From: Mobula hypostoma
Taxonomy: Eukaryota
NCBI RefSeq assembly: GCF_963921235.1
Contig: NC_086097.1
Coordinates: 95,048,001 to 95,112,000, forward strand
DNA: 64,000 bases
Direction of reading: 5' to 3'
Shown: piece after piece, positions 11,885-26,290 of the stretch
Layout of the letters: every line of letters begins with the position of its first letter
Numbering within the stretch: position 1 is the first letter of the stretch
Made by a program: the position numbers and the translations under genes
The notes under the pieces: generated by a model
What the model was told of the DNA's origin: nothing
Databases searched by the model: none
What the model saw: the letters and a program-made list of their open reading frames with translations, nothing else

Positions 11885-12350
11885 GATACAACATGGAATA
11901 GGCTCTACTGGCCAGCAACCCCTGCTTTAACCCTCACCTAGTCATGGGACAATTTACAATGATCAAGTAACCTACCCAGTATGTCTTTGGACTGTAGTGG
12001 GAAACCGGAGGACCCAGAGAAAACACACACATTCCACATGAGGACATACAAACTCCTTATACAGGACAAACAAGCTGCAGATCTGCAGATGCTGGAAAAC
12101 CAAGCAGAATACACAAAATGCTGGAGGAACTCAGAGGGCCAGGCAGCATCTACGGAAAAAATACAGTTGATGTTTCGGGCTGAGACCCTTCGGCGGGTGT
12201 CTTTTTTCCATAGATGCTGCCTGGCCTGCTGAGGTCCTCCAGCATCTTGTGTGCATTCCTTACAGAGGACGCTGGAATTGAACTCTGAACTCTGACATAC
12301 ACAGCTATAAGAGTGTTGTGCTAACCACAATGTGACAGTGGTGCCCACAG
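11885..12350 (-). mobile_element. HE1/V-SINE-like tRNA-derived SINE, interrupted by a Penelope-derived insert
   Basis: Central domain TCTTTGGACTGTAGTGGGAAACCGGAGGACCCAGAGAAAAC and tRNA-like head near 12270-12345. Confidence 0.7.
12062..12256 (-). mobile_element. Fold-back Penelope-terminus-derived insertion
   Basis: Inverted arms ATGCTGGAGGAACTCAG..GGCCAGGCAGCATCTA / TAGATGCTGCCTGGCCTGCTGAGGTCCTCCAGCAT. Imperfect TSD TCCTTATACAGGA / TCCTTACAGAGGA. Confidence 0.8.
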
Positions 12351-12829
12351 TATCTATCTGTTAATCTAGTTCCGTCTATAAGGGAGAAATTTTACCAGCT
12401 CATCCCCTGACCTGATTACTGAAAGTATTAAAAATGCCACAATGGTTTCTGTACAAATGACAAACTTCCTGTCAATGCAGTTTTGTCTCTCTCTACTGTG
12501 ATTGCAATGAATTCTTGACTTCTTTGCTAGCTATGTTAAAATGCAATTCTCTTTCAAACAAAACAAGCAAACTGTCGTATTTAAAAACTTCTCTCATCTA
12601 GCTGATGACAGAACCAGAGCTAAACTGAGTTAGTGCCCTGCCCCTTGAATTACAATTCCATCTCCTATTCCTAATCCTTTTCCTAAGAATGTGCCCTTCA
12701 CTCCATCCTGTGTGAAGGACAGATTCAGTATGAATTTGGTACAGCATTAGATAAAAAGGCTATCTACATGTGCTAACACTTTAATACAGAATTAGAGTCT
12801 TTCAAATTACTTTAGAACTGGACTCTCCT

Positions 12830-13262
12830 TCAACCACCTGGAGTACTGTGTACTGTTTTGGTCACCATGTTATAGAAAATACATCATTAAGATGTGAAGA
12901 GTCCAAAGAGGATTTACAAAGATATAGCTAGGACAAGACGGCTTAAGCTATAGGAAGATGTTGGGCAGGCGAGGAGTTTATTCATTGGAGCACAGGAGGC
13001 TTTGTGACTTTGTAGTAGTGTACAAAATCATGAGGGGTATGGTTAGGATGAATGCACATTTTTTTCAGAGAAAGGGAACCTAAATTAGAGGGCACAGGTT
13101 TAAGGTGAGAAGGGAAAGTTTTAAAAAGGACCTGTGGGGCAAATTCACACAGAGGGCAGTGGGTATATGGAATGAGGTTCCAGAACAGGTGGTAGAGATG
13201 GATACTATTACTACATTTAAAATACATTTATACAGGATAGGGTAGGTTTAATGGGACTAGCT
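12830..13262 (+). mobile_element. CR1 LINE 3' fragment
   Basis: HLEYCVLFWSPCYRK..., GHRFKVRRESF..., typical of the CR1 ORF2 C-terminus. Confidence 0.8.
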
Positions 13263-13544
13263 TACTTAGTTGCACGGACAATGCCTAATGTAGAGTTCTA
13301 TGCCTCTCTGATGAGGCAGAGCGTTGTTTTCCAACTCATTTTGCAACAGAAATTCTCGTTTCATCTCCAGTTTCTCTATCAGAGCACTTCCTGAATGGAA
13401 GGCAGCTAATCAAATCTCATCTTTCCTTCTGTGCAATCAAGATCAATCCCACTTCTCCATTCTTTCCAGTTAATGCTAGTCCCTTCATGCCTGATACTAG
13501 TCTAATAAGTATTCTTCACCCACTCTGAAGCCTGGACAGCATTC

Positions 13545-13875
13545 ATGAAGTGGGGTGCCCAAATGGGTAACACAGGGGTGCCACTCTGACACAGCTACCC
13601 CACATACTGAACACTGGTGCTGTCTCTGTGGAAATTTGCAGGTTGTTCCTCTGACTGTGTGGGCTTCTTCTGGATGCTCCAGATTCTTCCCGCATCCCAG
13701 AGATGTGTGTTTTGGTAGGTAAATTGGCATTGCAAATTGCCCCTGCAAATTGCCCCGAGGACGTAGTTGAGAATATCAGGGGAGTTGATAAGATTGTGTT
13801 GAGAATAGAAAAATTGGATTAATGGTCATTATGGATTTAGGGCCTGTTTCTGTGTTGTATCCATCTATGAATCAA
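13545..13875 (+). mobile_element. HE1/V-SINE-like SINE
   Basis: GTCTCTGTGGAAATTTGCAGGTTGTTCC...GTGGGCTTCTTCTGGATGCTCCAGATTCTTCCCGCATCCCAGAG central domain. Confidence 0.65.
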
Positions 13876-14254
13876 TATGACATCTGAAGCCTGGCCAGCA
13901 ACTTGTAAAAATCTAGCTTACCGTACATGGATGTTGACTTTCAATGTTCTGTGTTCAAGGATACCTTTTACCCTTTGTTAGAGCAGCATTTTGCAGTCTC
14001 TCTATCTGAACTATATCCTGCTTTTCTAATTTCCTCACCATGATTGATAACCTTACATGAGAAGTAGCTATTTGAACTGAATGCTACATGTTCAACATGG
14101 ATAGGAATCAAAGCAGCAAATTTCTAAAGGAAGCCGGGCAATTGGGGAGACTGTTTAAAGGATCTTTACAAAGTAAAATTTATTATCAAAGTACATATAC
14201 TTATTGCTTTTGTACTCTTTGTCCTTGTTTATAAAGATTAGACTTTGAACAAAA

Positions 14255-14768
14255 AATCCTACAAAAGGTAGTGGATTTGGCCCAGTACATCACATGTAAA
14301 GGTCTCCCAACCATTGAGCACATCTACATGAAACACTGTCATAAAAAAAGCAGCATCCATCATCAGAGATCCCCACCACCCAGGAGATGCTCTCTTCTCA
14401 CTGCTGCCATCGGTAGAAGGTACAAGTGCCTCAGGACTCACACCACCAGGTTCAAGACAGTTACTATCCCTCAACCATCAGGCTCTTGAGTAAAAGGGGA
14501 TATCTACTCTCATTTGCCCCATCACTGACATATTCCCATAACCAATGATCATACTTTAAGAACTCTTTTATCTCATGTTCTCCTTATTTATTGCCATGTA
14601 TTTATATTTACATTTGCACAGTTTGTTGTCTTCGGCACTCTGGTTGATCTTTCATAGTTATAGTAATTACTATTTTACAGATTTGCTGAGTATGCCTGCA
14701 GAAAAATGAATCTCAGAGTTGTATATAGTGACATATATGTACTTTGATAATAATTTTTACTTTTAAAC
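14255..14768 (+). mobile_element. Rex1/Babar LINE 3' fragment
   Basis: AQYIT.KGLPTIEHIY...LPSGRRY..LRTHTTRF region plus a 3' UTR shared with 42490-43165. Confidence 0.8.
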
Positions 14769-14944
14769 AGTCTCTCCAATTGCCCTGCCTCCTTTAGAAA
14801 TTTGCTGCTTTGATTCCTACCCACTTTGAACATGTAGCATTTAGTTCAAATTGCTACTTCTCATGTAAGGTTATCAATCATGGTGAAGAAGTTAGAAAAG
14901 TAGGATACAGTTCAGATAGAGAGACTGCAAAATGCTGCTCTAAC

Positions 14945-16650
14945 ACACAATCTTGTATCCATGCTACCTTTCCAGTAATACCCTGTGCTCCTATCTTACT
15001 AAGTAGACTCATGTGCAGCACCTTGTCAAAAAGCCTTTTGAAAATTCAAGTAAACAACATCCAGACTCTCCTTTATCCATCCTAACTCTTATTTCCTCAA
15101 AGAATTCAAACTTAATTGTCAGGCAAGATTTCCTATTAAGAAAACCATGCTGACTTTGGTCTATTTTATCATGTACTTCAAAGCACCGCAAAATCTTATT
15201 CTTAATGTCTCCAATATCTTTCCAACCACTGAAGTCAGGCCAATTTGCCTATAATTTCCTTTCTTCTGCCTCACTCCCTTCTTAAAGAGTGGAGTGACAT
15301 TTGCAATCTTACAGTACTCCAAAACCATTCCAGAATGTAGTGATTCTTGAAAGATGATTACTAATGCCTCCACAGTTGTTTTAGCTACCTCTTTTGGAAC
15401 CTTGGGCTGTCATCCCTATGGTCCAGGTGACTTAACTACCTTCAGAACTTTCAGCTTCTCAAGCACCTTCTCCAAAGTAATAGCAACTACACTCACTTCT
15501 GCCCCTGACACTATTGATTTTTTTGCAAACTGTAAGTGTCTTTCACACTGAATATTGAAGCAAAATACTTATTCAATTCGTCCACTATTTCTTTATCCCC
15601 AATTACCACCTCTCCAGCATAATTATGCAGCATTCAAATATCCACTCTCACCTCTCTTTCACTCTTTACATATCTTTAAAAAAACTTTTGGTATCCTCTT
15701 TGATATTACTGGCCAGCTTACTTTCATATTTCATCTTTGTTCTCCTTATGCTTTGTTTAGTTTCCTTTTGTTGGTTTTTAAAGGTTCTCAATCCTCTAAC
15801 TTCCTATTTTTCCCACTCTGATTATTTTTTGCTATATTCTTTGCCCTCTCTTTTGCTTTTATGCTGTCTTTGATTTCCCTTGTCAGTCACAGTTGTCTCA
15901 TCCTCCGTTTAGAATTTGTTGTTCATTTTTGGGGTATATCTATCTTTTACCTTCCAAATTGCCACCAGAATCTCCAGCCCCTGCTGATCTGTCATCTGTC
16001 ATCTCTGCTGTGTCTCCTTCCGGTCAACTTTGGCCAGCTCCTCTCTCGTGCCTCTGTAATTCTCTATACTTCACTATAATACTGATACATCTGACTTTAT
16101 CTTCACCCTCTCAAACTGCAGGGTCAAGTCCATCATGTTATGATCACTATCTCCTAAGGGTTCCTTTACCTTAAGCTCCCTAATCAAGTCTGGTTCATTA
16201 CCCAGATCTAGAATAGCTGATCCCCTAGTGGGCTCAACCACAAGCTACTCTAAAAAAAGCTCTCTTGTATGTATTCTACAAATTCCCTGTCTTGGGATCC
16301 TAGCATGTACCTGATTTTACCAATCTATCTGTATATTGAAATCTCCCATGACTATTGTAACATTACCTTTTTTATATGCCTTTTCTATTTCCCATTGATA
16401 CTTATATCCCACACCCTGCCTACTGTTCGGGGGCCTACATGTAACTCCCATTACGGTCTTTTTATCCTTTCAGTTTTTTAATTCTACCCACAAGGATTCT
16501 ACATCTTCCGATCCTATGTCACCTCTTTCTAAGGATTTGATTTCATCTTATTCCAACAGAGCCATCTCACTCCCTCTGACTATCTGCCTGTTCTTTCGAT
16601 ACAAGGTGTATCCTTGGATGTTAAGCTCCCAATCATGATCTTCTTTCAGA
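14945..16650 (-). mobile_element. CR1 LINE ORF2 fragment
   Basis: KIANVTPLFKKG...GNYRQIGLTSVVGK, QHGFLNRKSCLT; endonuclease remnant toward 16600. Confidence 0.9.
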
Positions 16651-16699
16651 TAATAATGATATGCACTCACGTCGACCTCCAGCAGTTAATAAGAACAGC

Positions 16700-17460
16700 T
16701 AGGGAAATATATATACTGATAGCAACCTCCTGTATGTACTCATAGGAACCCTGGATAAGATTATACATCCAATGTCCTTGAGTATGCAGTTACTGCCACA
16801 GTCCCTGAAACATCCTGTAATTCTGAAGCCCTGCCATGGACCCCTAGCAAACACTGACACATGCCTCCATAATCTCTGTAAGTAGTAAAACACTCGCAGA
16901 AAAAAAATCTCTAACGTGCTGTTAGTGGGCCAGTGACAACTCGTAAATTTTCAGAGAGGCTCTGATAAACAAAATTCACTTCTTTTAAAGAGTAAAATGC
17001 ATGTTCAACCATCCCCATAATGCTGGTACATTTCCAGGGCTCCCTGTAAGAACTGTTGCCGTTCCAATGAATATATACAAATATGGACCATCTCAAGAAT
17101 TACTTTTCAATTGGGATACCCTGTAAATAGTAATATAGTCCCCACGAACCCCAGTATTTACTTATACAGTCGCCAAGGACTACGGCAAATAATGGTACTC
17201 TTCCTCAGGTATTATCATGTTCAAAGGGACTAAATGCAGATGTTGACATTTTCTCAGACTCTGCTGTACAATTCCTAACACACCCCTGGGGCAAACCATA
17301 AAGTCTATTGTAATTCTGTAACACTGAAACAGTGCCAGGTTCTCCCAGTTAGCTCTAATAGTTTCCAAGGAATCCCCTGTAATACTGACACACTCCACCA
17401 ACACTGAAACTACCAACAGTGTCCCAGGGATCGTCTATACATGCTGATACATCTGAAGGG
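16700..17460. repeat. Highly degenerate minisatellite, about 30-bp unit (consensus near CCCTGTAAATACTGACACACTCCCAGGGAT)
   Basis: Recurrent variants: CCCCTGTAATACTGACACACTCC, TCCCTGTAAGAACTG, ACCCTGTAAATAGTAATATAGTCCC, CCCCTAGCAAACACTGACACATGCC. Confidence 0.5.
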
Positions 17461-17840
17461 AATTGTTCTTCTTAAGCAGTGCCTGAGGATTATGGATGAA
17501 TTGCTTCCGCTCACTTTGGTCAGTCCTAAAGAGGTTGATGACTCCAGTGTTGGAACTGCAGACTCTCTCCTAGATGGAGCAAGTGATGGGTGGTTTGGAA
17601 GGTGGTTCACTCCTTCTCCATTTACACAGGTTTGTGTGTGGTCCTGATTTATGGGCTCTATATCATCCAAATGCCCCTCTTCATTCTGTGTGGTCAGTGG
17701 CCATATATTATCAGGAGTTCTGAGCATATCCTTGAATCTTTACCTCTGTTCACCTGATAATCTTTTCCCAAGACAGAGCTTGAAATAGAGTGTCTGCATT
17801 GGGAACATGGTATGTGAATGATATGGCCCAGTCCAACCTA
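17440..17840 (-). mobile_element. Old RTE LINE 3' fragment
   Basis: The minus strand reads GHIIHIP...QTLYFKL..GKRLSGEQR*RFKDMLRT, like RTE C-termini. Confidence 0.6.
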
Positions 17841-18001
17841 GCCCTACAAATAACAACATAGATTTAAATCACCCTTAGCGACAGGTGAAGTACCAGATGA
17901 TTGGAAGATAGCCAATATCATTCTGCTGTTTAAGAAAAGCTCTAAAAATAAACCAAGAAATTTATAGGCCAGTGAGCTTAACATCAGTAGTGGGAAAGTT
18001 A

Positions 18002-19608
<1,607 letters not shown>

Positions 19609-20789
19609 TATTGTAAGGTTTTCTAAGGGACCAGATATATAACTTTTGGATAGACAAGGACTGTTTAAGGATAGTCAGCATGGCTTCATGCATGATGGAT
19701 CGTGTCCAACTAATCTTAAAGGGTTTTTTTTGAGGAAGTTACCAGGAAAGTTGATGAAGGCTAGGCAGTGGAATTTGTCTATATGGATTTTAGCAAGGCT
19801 TTTGACAAGGTCCTGCATGGGAGGTTGGTCAATGAGGTTTAGTCACTTGACATTCAAGATGAGGTGGTAGTATTAGGTTGCCTGACTGGATGCCTGTGAC
19901 TAGTGGAGTGCCACAGGAATCAGTGTTGGTTCCATCGCTGTTTGCCATCTGCATCAACAATTTGGATGATACTGTGGTTAACTGGATCAGCAAATTTGTG
20001 GATGACAGTAAGAGTGGGGTGTAATTGACAACAAGGAAGACTATTGTGGCTTGGAGCGGGATCTGGACCAGCTGGAAAAATGGGCTAAAATGGCAGGTGG
20101 AACTTAATGCAGACAAGTGCGAGGTGTTGCACTTTGGTAGGACCAACCAAGGTAGGTCTTATACAGTGAATGGTAGGGCACTGAGGAGTACAGTAGAACA
20201 AAGGGATCTGGGAATACAAGTACACAATTCATTGAAAGTGGCAGTTGATAGGTTGTGAAGAAAACTTTAGGTACATTGGCCTTCATAAATCAAAGTATTG
20301 TGTATAGGAGATGGGATGTTATGGTGAAGTTGACAAGGCCTAGTTTTGAGTATTGTCTGCAGTTCTGGTCCAGGAAAGACCTACAGGAAAGATGTATAAA
20401 AGGTTGAAAGTGTACAGAGAAAATTTACAAGTATGTTGCTGGGTCAGGAGGACTCGAGTTATATGGAAAGATTGAATAGGTTAGGGGAGATTTGATAGAT
20501 ATATACAAAATTCTGAGGGATATAGATAGGGTAAGTGCAAGCAGGCTTTTCCCAATGAGCTTGGGTGACTACAACTAGAAATCATGGATTAAGAGTGAAA
20601 GGTGAAAAGTTTAAGGGCAACATGAGGGAAACTTCTTCACCCAGAGGGTCGTTAATGTGGAATGAGCTGCCAGCACTAGTGGTGCATGCAAGCTTGATCT
20701 CAGCGTTTAAGGAAAGTTTGGATAGGTACACGGATGGTAGGGGTATGGAGGGCTATGGTCCTGGTGTAGGTTGATGTGAAGCCTGCCTC

Positions 20790-23175
20790 AATTAACTGTG
20801 CTCATTGAAATGGGATACCCTGAGGCCCTCTTCATCATTGCCAGTGACTTCAATCAGGCCAACTTCAAGAGTATGTTACTAAAATACTACCAGCATGTCT
20901 CCTATCCCACCAGGGGCTCAAATACCCTTGACCATTGTTACACAATCATCGAAACTGACTGCCCAGCCATCCTCTTGCCATAGTTTGGTAAATCAGACAC
21001 CAGAACTGTACTGCTTCTCCCTGCAGACAAACAGAAGCTGAAAAAGGATTCAGTCCAGAAAGTCATTTAGTGCTGCCTTGAGGAAACAGATGAGCTTCTC
21101 CATGACTGCTTTGAGTCAGTCGATTAGTCTGTGTTCAAAGACTCAGCCGGCAGCCTATATGAGTATGTCACCACTGTCATGAACTTCATCAGAGAGTGAT
21201 TTGAGGACTGTGTATGAAAAGGGACAATCCAAATGTTCCCAAACTGGAGACCATGAATGAACTGGGAGATTCATTCCATACTGAATAATAGGTCTGCAGC
21301 ATTGAAATCAGGTGGCCCTAACCTTTTCAAGAAATTGAACTAACAGAGATATCAAAAGACAATACCAGTCCAAAATGAAGTCTCAGGCCAGCTATTTATT
21401 GTGGCAGGGCTTACATGTTATAACAGCCTACAAGACAAAGTCAGGCAGCAGTGTCAACAACAGTTCATCCCTTCCCGATGAACTCACTGCACTCTTTGCA
21501 TGTTTTGAACAGAAGGAGATTGGAATGTTACCACCCACCCCAACAGCTCCCAATGCATGTGAACCCAGCCACCTTTGTATATATAAAATCAGTCTTCTGG
21601 AAAGTGAATACATAGAAGTAAGGATAGGTAGGAACACTTCCATCACAATTATCCTCAATACCGGTGCCCCATTAGGCTGTGTCTCAGCCCTCTACTCCAT
21701 TACCCAGACACTCAGCACTGCATGGCCAGATTCTGCTCCAGCTTCACCTACTAGCTGCAGGCGCTGCCACTATAGTAGGCCGTATCTCAAAAAACGAGCA
21801 GTCGGAGTACAGGAAGGAAATAGCCTCATGCCATATATGTCATGACAACAATCTTTCCCTCAATGTCAACAAAATGCAAGAGCTGGTCATTGACGTTAGG
21901 AAGAGGGGTGATGCTGAGGTCGAGGGTTGACAGCTGTAGGCTCGTGGGAGTGGACATCACCAATAGATTGTGCTGGTTCAACCATATAGATACCATGGCT
22001 AAGAAAGCTCTCCAGCACCTCTACTTAATCAGGAGGTTACAGAAATTTGGCACATCTCCATTGACCCACACCGGTTTTTATTGATGCACCATAGAAAGCA
22101 TCCTATCTGGATGCCTTATGACTTGCCATAGGGACCACAGAGAGATGTGGACACAGTTCAGCACATCACGGAAACTAACGTCCCTCTATGGATTCTGTCT
22201 ACACTTCTAGATGCCTTGATAAAGCAGCCAAAGACCCCAGAAACCCAGGCATTCCTTCTTCTCTATTCGGCTCCATTTCACCATTAATCGCCTGATTAAA
22301 GCATTGAGGCAGATTGAGATAGAGGCGAATGCAGAAGGCGAGCAAGAGTTTCAGCGCTGACAGCTTACCTTTTGGCCGCTGCTGGAGAGGGAGTCTGTGA
22401 GCGGCCTATTGCCATGTGGCTTGCTGTGGCAAGCGGGTAGGCCTCTCTGCCTCAGGTGGTACCCCTCTCTTTCAATGAATGCCAGTGATATTGTAAGATG
22501 GTATTGTGGTTCTGCACTTATAGATTCGACTATTGCATTTATGGACCGTGGACTCTTTAGACATAATTTTTATATTCTGTGTTTTTATTCTTTTCCATTT
22601 TGTTGTGTGAGGAGAGGATGTTTGGGGTTGATGTTCTGTTAGTTTCTTGTGTGGGGGAGGTTTTTTTCTGGAGGGGTTGATGTTCCTGTTCCGTTTTGTG
22701 CGGGGGGAGGGAGTTTTCGGGGGGGGGGGGTTGGTGACCGAGATGCCATTCTTTTTTGTATGGGGAGGGGTGGATTTGATGTTTCTCTCTGAATGACTTT
22801 CATCTTCTTTCTTTGTTTCGTGGCTAGTTGGAGAATACAAATTTCAGAGTTGTATATGGACACATGCATTGGTAATGAATGAACCTTTGAACCTTTTTCT
22901 ACCGCCTCCCATTGGCCAGAAGATACAGAAGCGTGAAAGCATGTATCACCAGGTCCAAGATAGTGTTATCCACTGTTATAACACTATTAGTATGATAAGA
23001 TGGACTTTGGACCTCACAATCTACCTTGATATGATCTTGTACCTTATAGTGTACCAGTAACATAATTTCTCTGAAACTCCAACACTTCATTTTGCATTTT
23101 GTTATCGTTTACCTTCTACGACTTCAATGCAATGTGTAATGAATTGATCTGTATGATAGGTACATAAATTATCAA
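20790..23175 (+). mobile_element. Rex1/Babar LINE, heavily deleted, interrupted at 22264-22893
   Basis: PEALFIIASDFNQAN..YYQHVSYPTRGSNTLDHCY; LNTGAPLGCV; LSLNVNKMQELVID; 3' UTR. Confidence 0.85.
22264..22893 (+). mobile_element. Non-autonomous SINE-like element with Rex1-type 3' tail
   Basis: Splits the Rex1 remnant between ..GCATTCCTTCTTCTCTA and TTTCTACCGCCTCCCATTGG... The tail AATTTCAGAGTTGTATATGG...GAACCTTTGAACCTT resembles the Rex1 tails at 14700 and 43120. Confidence 0.65.
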
Positions 23176-24898
23176 AAACTTTCTGGACAGATCATTGCAG
23201 TTTGAATCCAGGTGGCATTCTAAAGGCATAAGGACAAAGGCATAGCAGCTAATTGGTCATATGAGTCTCAAGGACCGACCGAAAATCTTGACACATGTTC
23301 AGGGAAATCGATGCAAAATAATGGCAACTCCTATAGTAAGTGGGAAATCAGTTTATTATTGTCACATGCACCAAGGCTTTGAGAGACAGGACTTATCATG
23401 GACCAACAGAGTTAAGGGTAATGGACAAGTGAAGTGCTTGGTTGGGAAGGCTTTAAAGAGGGAAGAGAAAAACTGCACTGGATTGAAGGATATTCACCCT
23501 TCTCAAGATGCACCTGGCCTTGTGTTCACGACAGAGGCTGATTGTGTTTGTAGTGATGGCTGCAGGGCACATGAACTCCCCACCCCATTGTCTGTGTTCT
23601 GCCTCTTTTAATTGTTGATTGTTTGCTCTCAGAAGTCTACCATTAGTGTGGTGAAATGATGTGACACCAGCCAGTCTAGCGTTATCCCACAAACAGCAGC
23701 TCGCCTATTGTGCTCCAGTCACAGGGCAAAGGTGAGAGAGGGAAAGGTCATTGTACACAATGGTGGAGCATCCAGTTTGTGTGGTCCTGTTGCGGAGACT
23801 GCTTCTGGTCAGCCAAATAGCACAAAAGTGTGTGTCAGGACGCAACTAATTACTGCTGAGTAACTTTTGTGGGTGGGAAAAGAAAAAAAGGACTCTGTGA
23901 GGCCATGTTTGGTGCTACATCTTTTATGTAAATATGGATCTCTAATGGACCACGAGCTATGCTTATATTGTGCTGCGCGCGTCACGGTCTGCAGTGAACG
24001 TGGGAATCCCAGCTCTGCGGAGTTCCTTAGAGGGTAAGTTATTCAGGGATTGCCTGCTCAGCATAGCTCTGTCAGGGGCGACCTCTGACAAACAGGCTGA
24101 ATTGATAAAAGCAAATCTATTCAGAGACAACTGATCCACTCCACTGCTTGCTGTCTTGCCCATGACATGCACGGCGTTTCCACTGGCTGGCTTGGGTTAC
24201 AAAGTTGTAGTGGTTATGGAAGAATGCAAGCTATCCTGTAGCACAGGTTCCACTTCAACTCTCACGTATTACTGTATTTTCCATTGCAAGACCTCTTGTC
24301 TCCAATTGCCCTACCCAGTTACACTGCCTTTTATCCCACTGCCAGCATTTGCGTAACGTGAAGCAAAACTGTCCAAAGAGAAGTTTAAAAAACCCAACTA
24401 TTTTAATCCCCGAATGATTTTTCTCTTGAATTGCCCACAGCAGAGTTCAGGAATTAGTCTTTAATTTCTGGAGATGCCAGGACAATCCTGGAAGGTTGGC
24501 AGTTAGCAGTGAGCTGGGAGGTAGCCACTGCTTGGAACTTCCCAGGCGCTTGTGGCTTGGCCTAACTCAGAGGCTAACTTGGCCTTGCTGAGTACAACGC
24601 AGCAACACCATGTGCTGCTCTCAGTTCTTCTGGTATTAGGGAAAATGGTGAAATGCTAGTATTAAATATAGCCCCCTGTCTTTAAATACTATACCTCAGA
24701 ACAATGCCACATTCTGAGTGCCATAACATTCTCAAGGTACCTGCTGTTTCCACATAAAGGAATGTAGATAATTCCTCTATCTCCCATCAACTATTACAGG
24801 AAATGTTTTGTTTTGGCAAGCTGATTCATTGTTCAGCTCCCTCCTGCCTGAACACTACCAACCTGGTTCACAATCCATATTATTTTTTGGTATTACAT

Positions 24899-24990
24899 GG
24901 ACAAAATGCTGGAGGAACTCAGCAGGTCAGACAGCATCTGTGGAAAACAGTAAAGAGTTGAAGCCTTGGGCCGAGAACCTTCATCGTGTT
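24899..24990 (-). mobile_element. Penelope-terminus fragment
   Basis: ACAAAATGCTGGAGGAACTCAGCAGGTCAGACAGCATCTGTGG...GGGCCGAGAACCTTCATC. Confidence 0.7.
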
Positions 24991-25129
24991 TTTTTGGTGC
25001 TCACTCTTTGAATGGCTCATGTTGACAACACCACCAGAGAAAACATTCGAATAGGTAAAGGATAATAATTTTTGATGGTCTGTGATATATTTGGCATTAA
25101 AGGCAGAACTATAAAGAAGTGTCACTCAA

Positions 25130-25690
25130 CTGAGTAGCGCTGCTGCCTCTCAGCTCCAGAGGGCTGGGTTCATTCCTGACCTCAGGTACTGTCTGTGTGG
25201 AGTCTACACATTTTCTTTGTAGGTGGGCTTCCTCTGGGTGCTCTGATTTCCAACAACATCCCAAAGACATGTCATTTGATAGGTTATTTGGACTCTTCAA
25301 ATTGCCCCTAATGTAATGTAATGTACATAACTGGTAGGAGATAACTTGTGAGAATTGGTGGGGATGTAGGGAGAATAAAATGTAGGAACATAGGGAGGGA
25401 ACGTCGACTCAGACCATGAGAGGCCTGCGTCGGGCATTTTCATGCCTTACAAGGCGCAGATTGGAAGTCTGTGTGGGGCGCCATTCCTCGCACAGACACT
25501 GGAGCAATGTGTGATTAAGTGCCTTGCTCAAGGGCACAAACACGCCGCCACAGCTGAGGCTCGAACCAGCAACCTTGAGATCACTAGTCAAACGCCTTAA
25601 CAACTTGGCCATGTGCCCAACACAAGGATCATAGGATCAGTGTAAATGGGTGGTGATGAAGGGCTTTTGTCTGCACTGTATGACTCTGTA
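25130..25690 (+). mobile_element. HE1/V-SINE-like SINE, interrupted by a CORE-SINE
   Basis: tRNA-like head (GTAGCGCTGCTGCCTCTCAGCTCCAG..GGGTTCATTCCTG) and central domain GTGGGCTTCCTCTGGGTGCTCTGATTTCC..CATCCCAAAGAC. Confidence 0.7.
25403..25622 (-). mobile_element. tRNA-derived CORE-type SINE
   Basis: The minus strand has A box TGGCCAAGTTGTTAAGG, B box GGTTCGAGCC and CORE-like GTGCCCTTGAGCAAGGCACTTAA. Confidence 0.75.
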
Positions 25691-25724
25691 TTTCTTCTTA
25701 ATTAAGGTCCTAAGAGACATCCAT

Positions 25725-26290
25725 AATAAGAGGAGGAGAGAAACAGCAAGAAGGGAAATAGGAAGAATAAGAGGGAGAATGAATTAGTGGATTGAGGAGC
25801 AAAAAGCAGAAGATGAACATGAGGAGGAAAAAGAGGTGGGTGAAGTGGCTGAACATAAGGATAAAGGTTTAGTGGAGAAAACTGGTGCCAAGGTAAAAGA
25901 TCAGCCATGATCTTACTGAGTGTGGAATAGATATGAGGACCAGAATGATTCTATTATTGATGTTTTTATTGAAGAGGAAAGGAGATGAGAAAGTTGAAAG
26001 TGAAGGAGAAAAGGGAGCAGGAGAAGGAAGATCAGAAGCATTGGAGGATCAGGACCATGAGGAGGAAGCAGTGCTGGAAGAGAAAAGAAGCAGAAAGATG
26101 AAGGCAGCAGAGACAGAAGGTGGATAAAATTTTGCAGGAGAACGAGGGCAAGAAGCAGGAGGAAGGGTCAGGAGGCGTAAAGAAACCAGAAAAATAACTG
26201 GAATTTGAATCTTTTAGAAAAGAGGATGAAAAATAAAGGGAACTTACATGGAAAATGCAAGGAACTATTCAAAAAGGAACAAAGATTGGG
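25725..26290. repeat. Purine-rich (GA) low-complexity tract
   Basis: Strong A/G strand bias with GAG/GAA runs; no recognisable protein. Confidence 0.6.

Noticed and set aside
13290..13360. CTGATGAG...GAAA possible hammerhead
   Set aside because: No stem II closing directly onto GAAA and no helix I or III pairing; only a local TGCCTC/GAGGCA hairpin.
25540..25622. tRNA gene on the minus strand
   Set aside because: The tRNA-like head runs directly into a CORE domain and tail, so it is a SINE. No proper acceptor stem or terminator.
25933..26127. Glu/Lys-rich ORF
   Set aside because: Arises from purine-rich low-complexity DNA; no splice or homology support.
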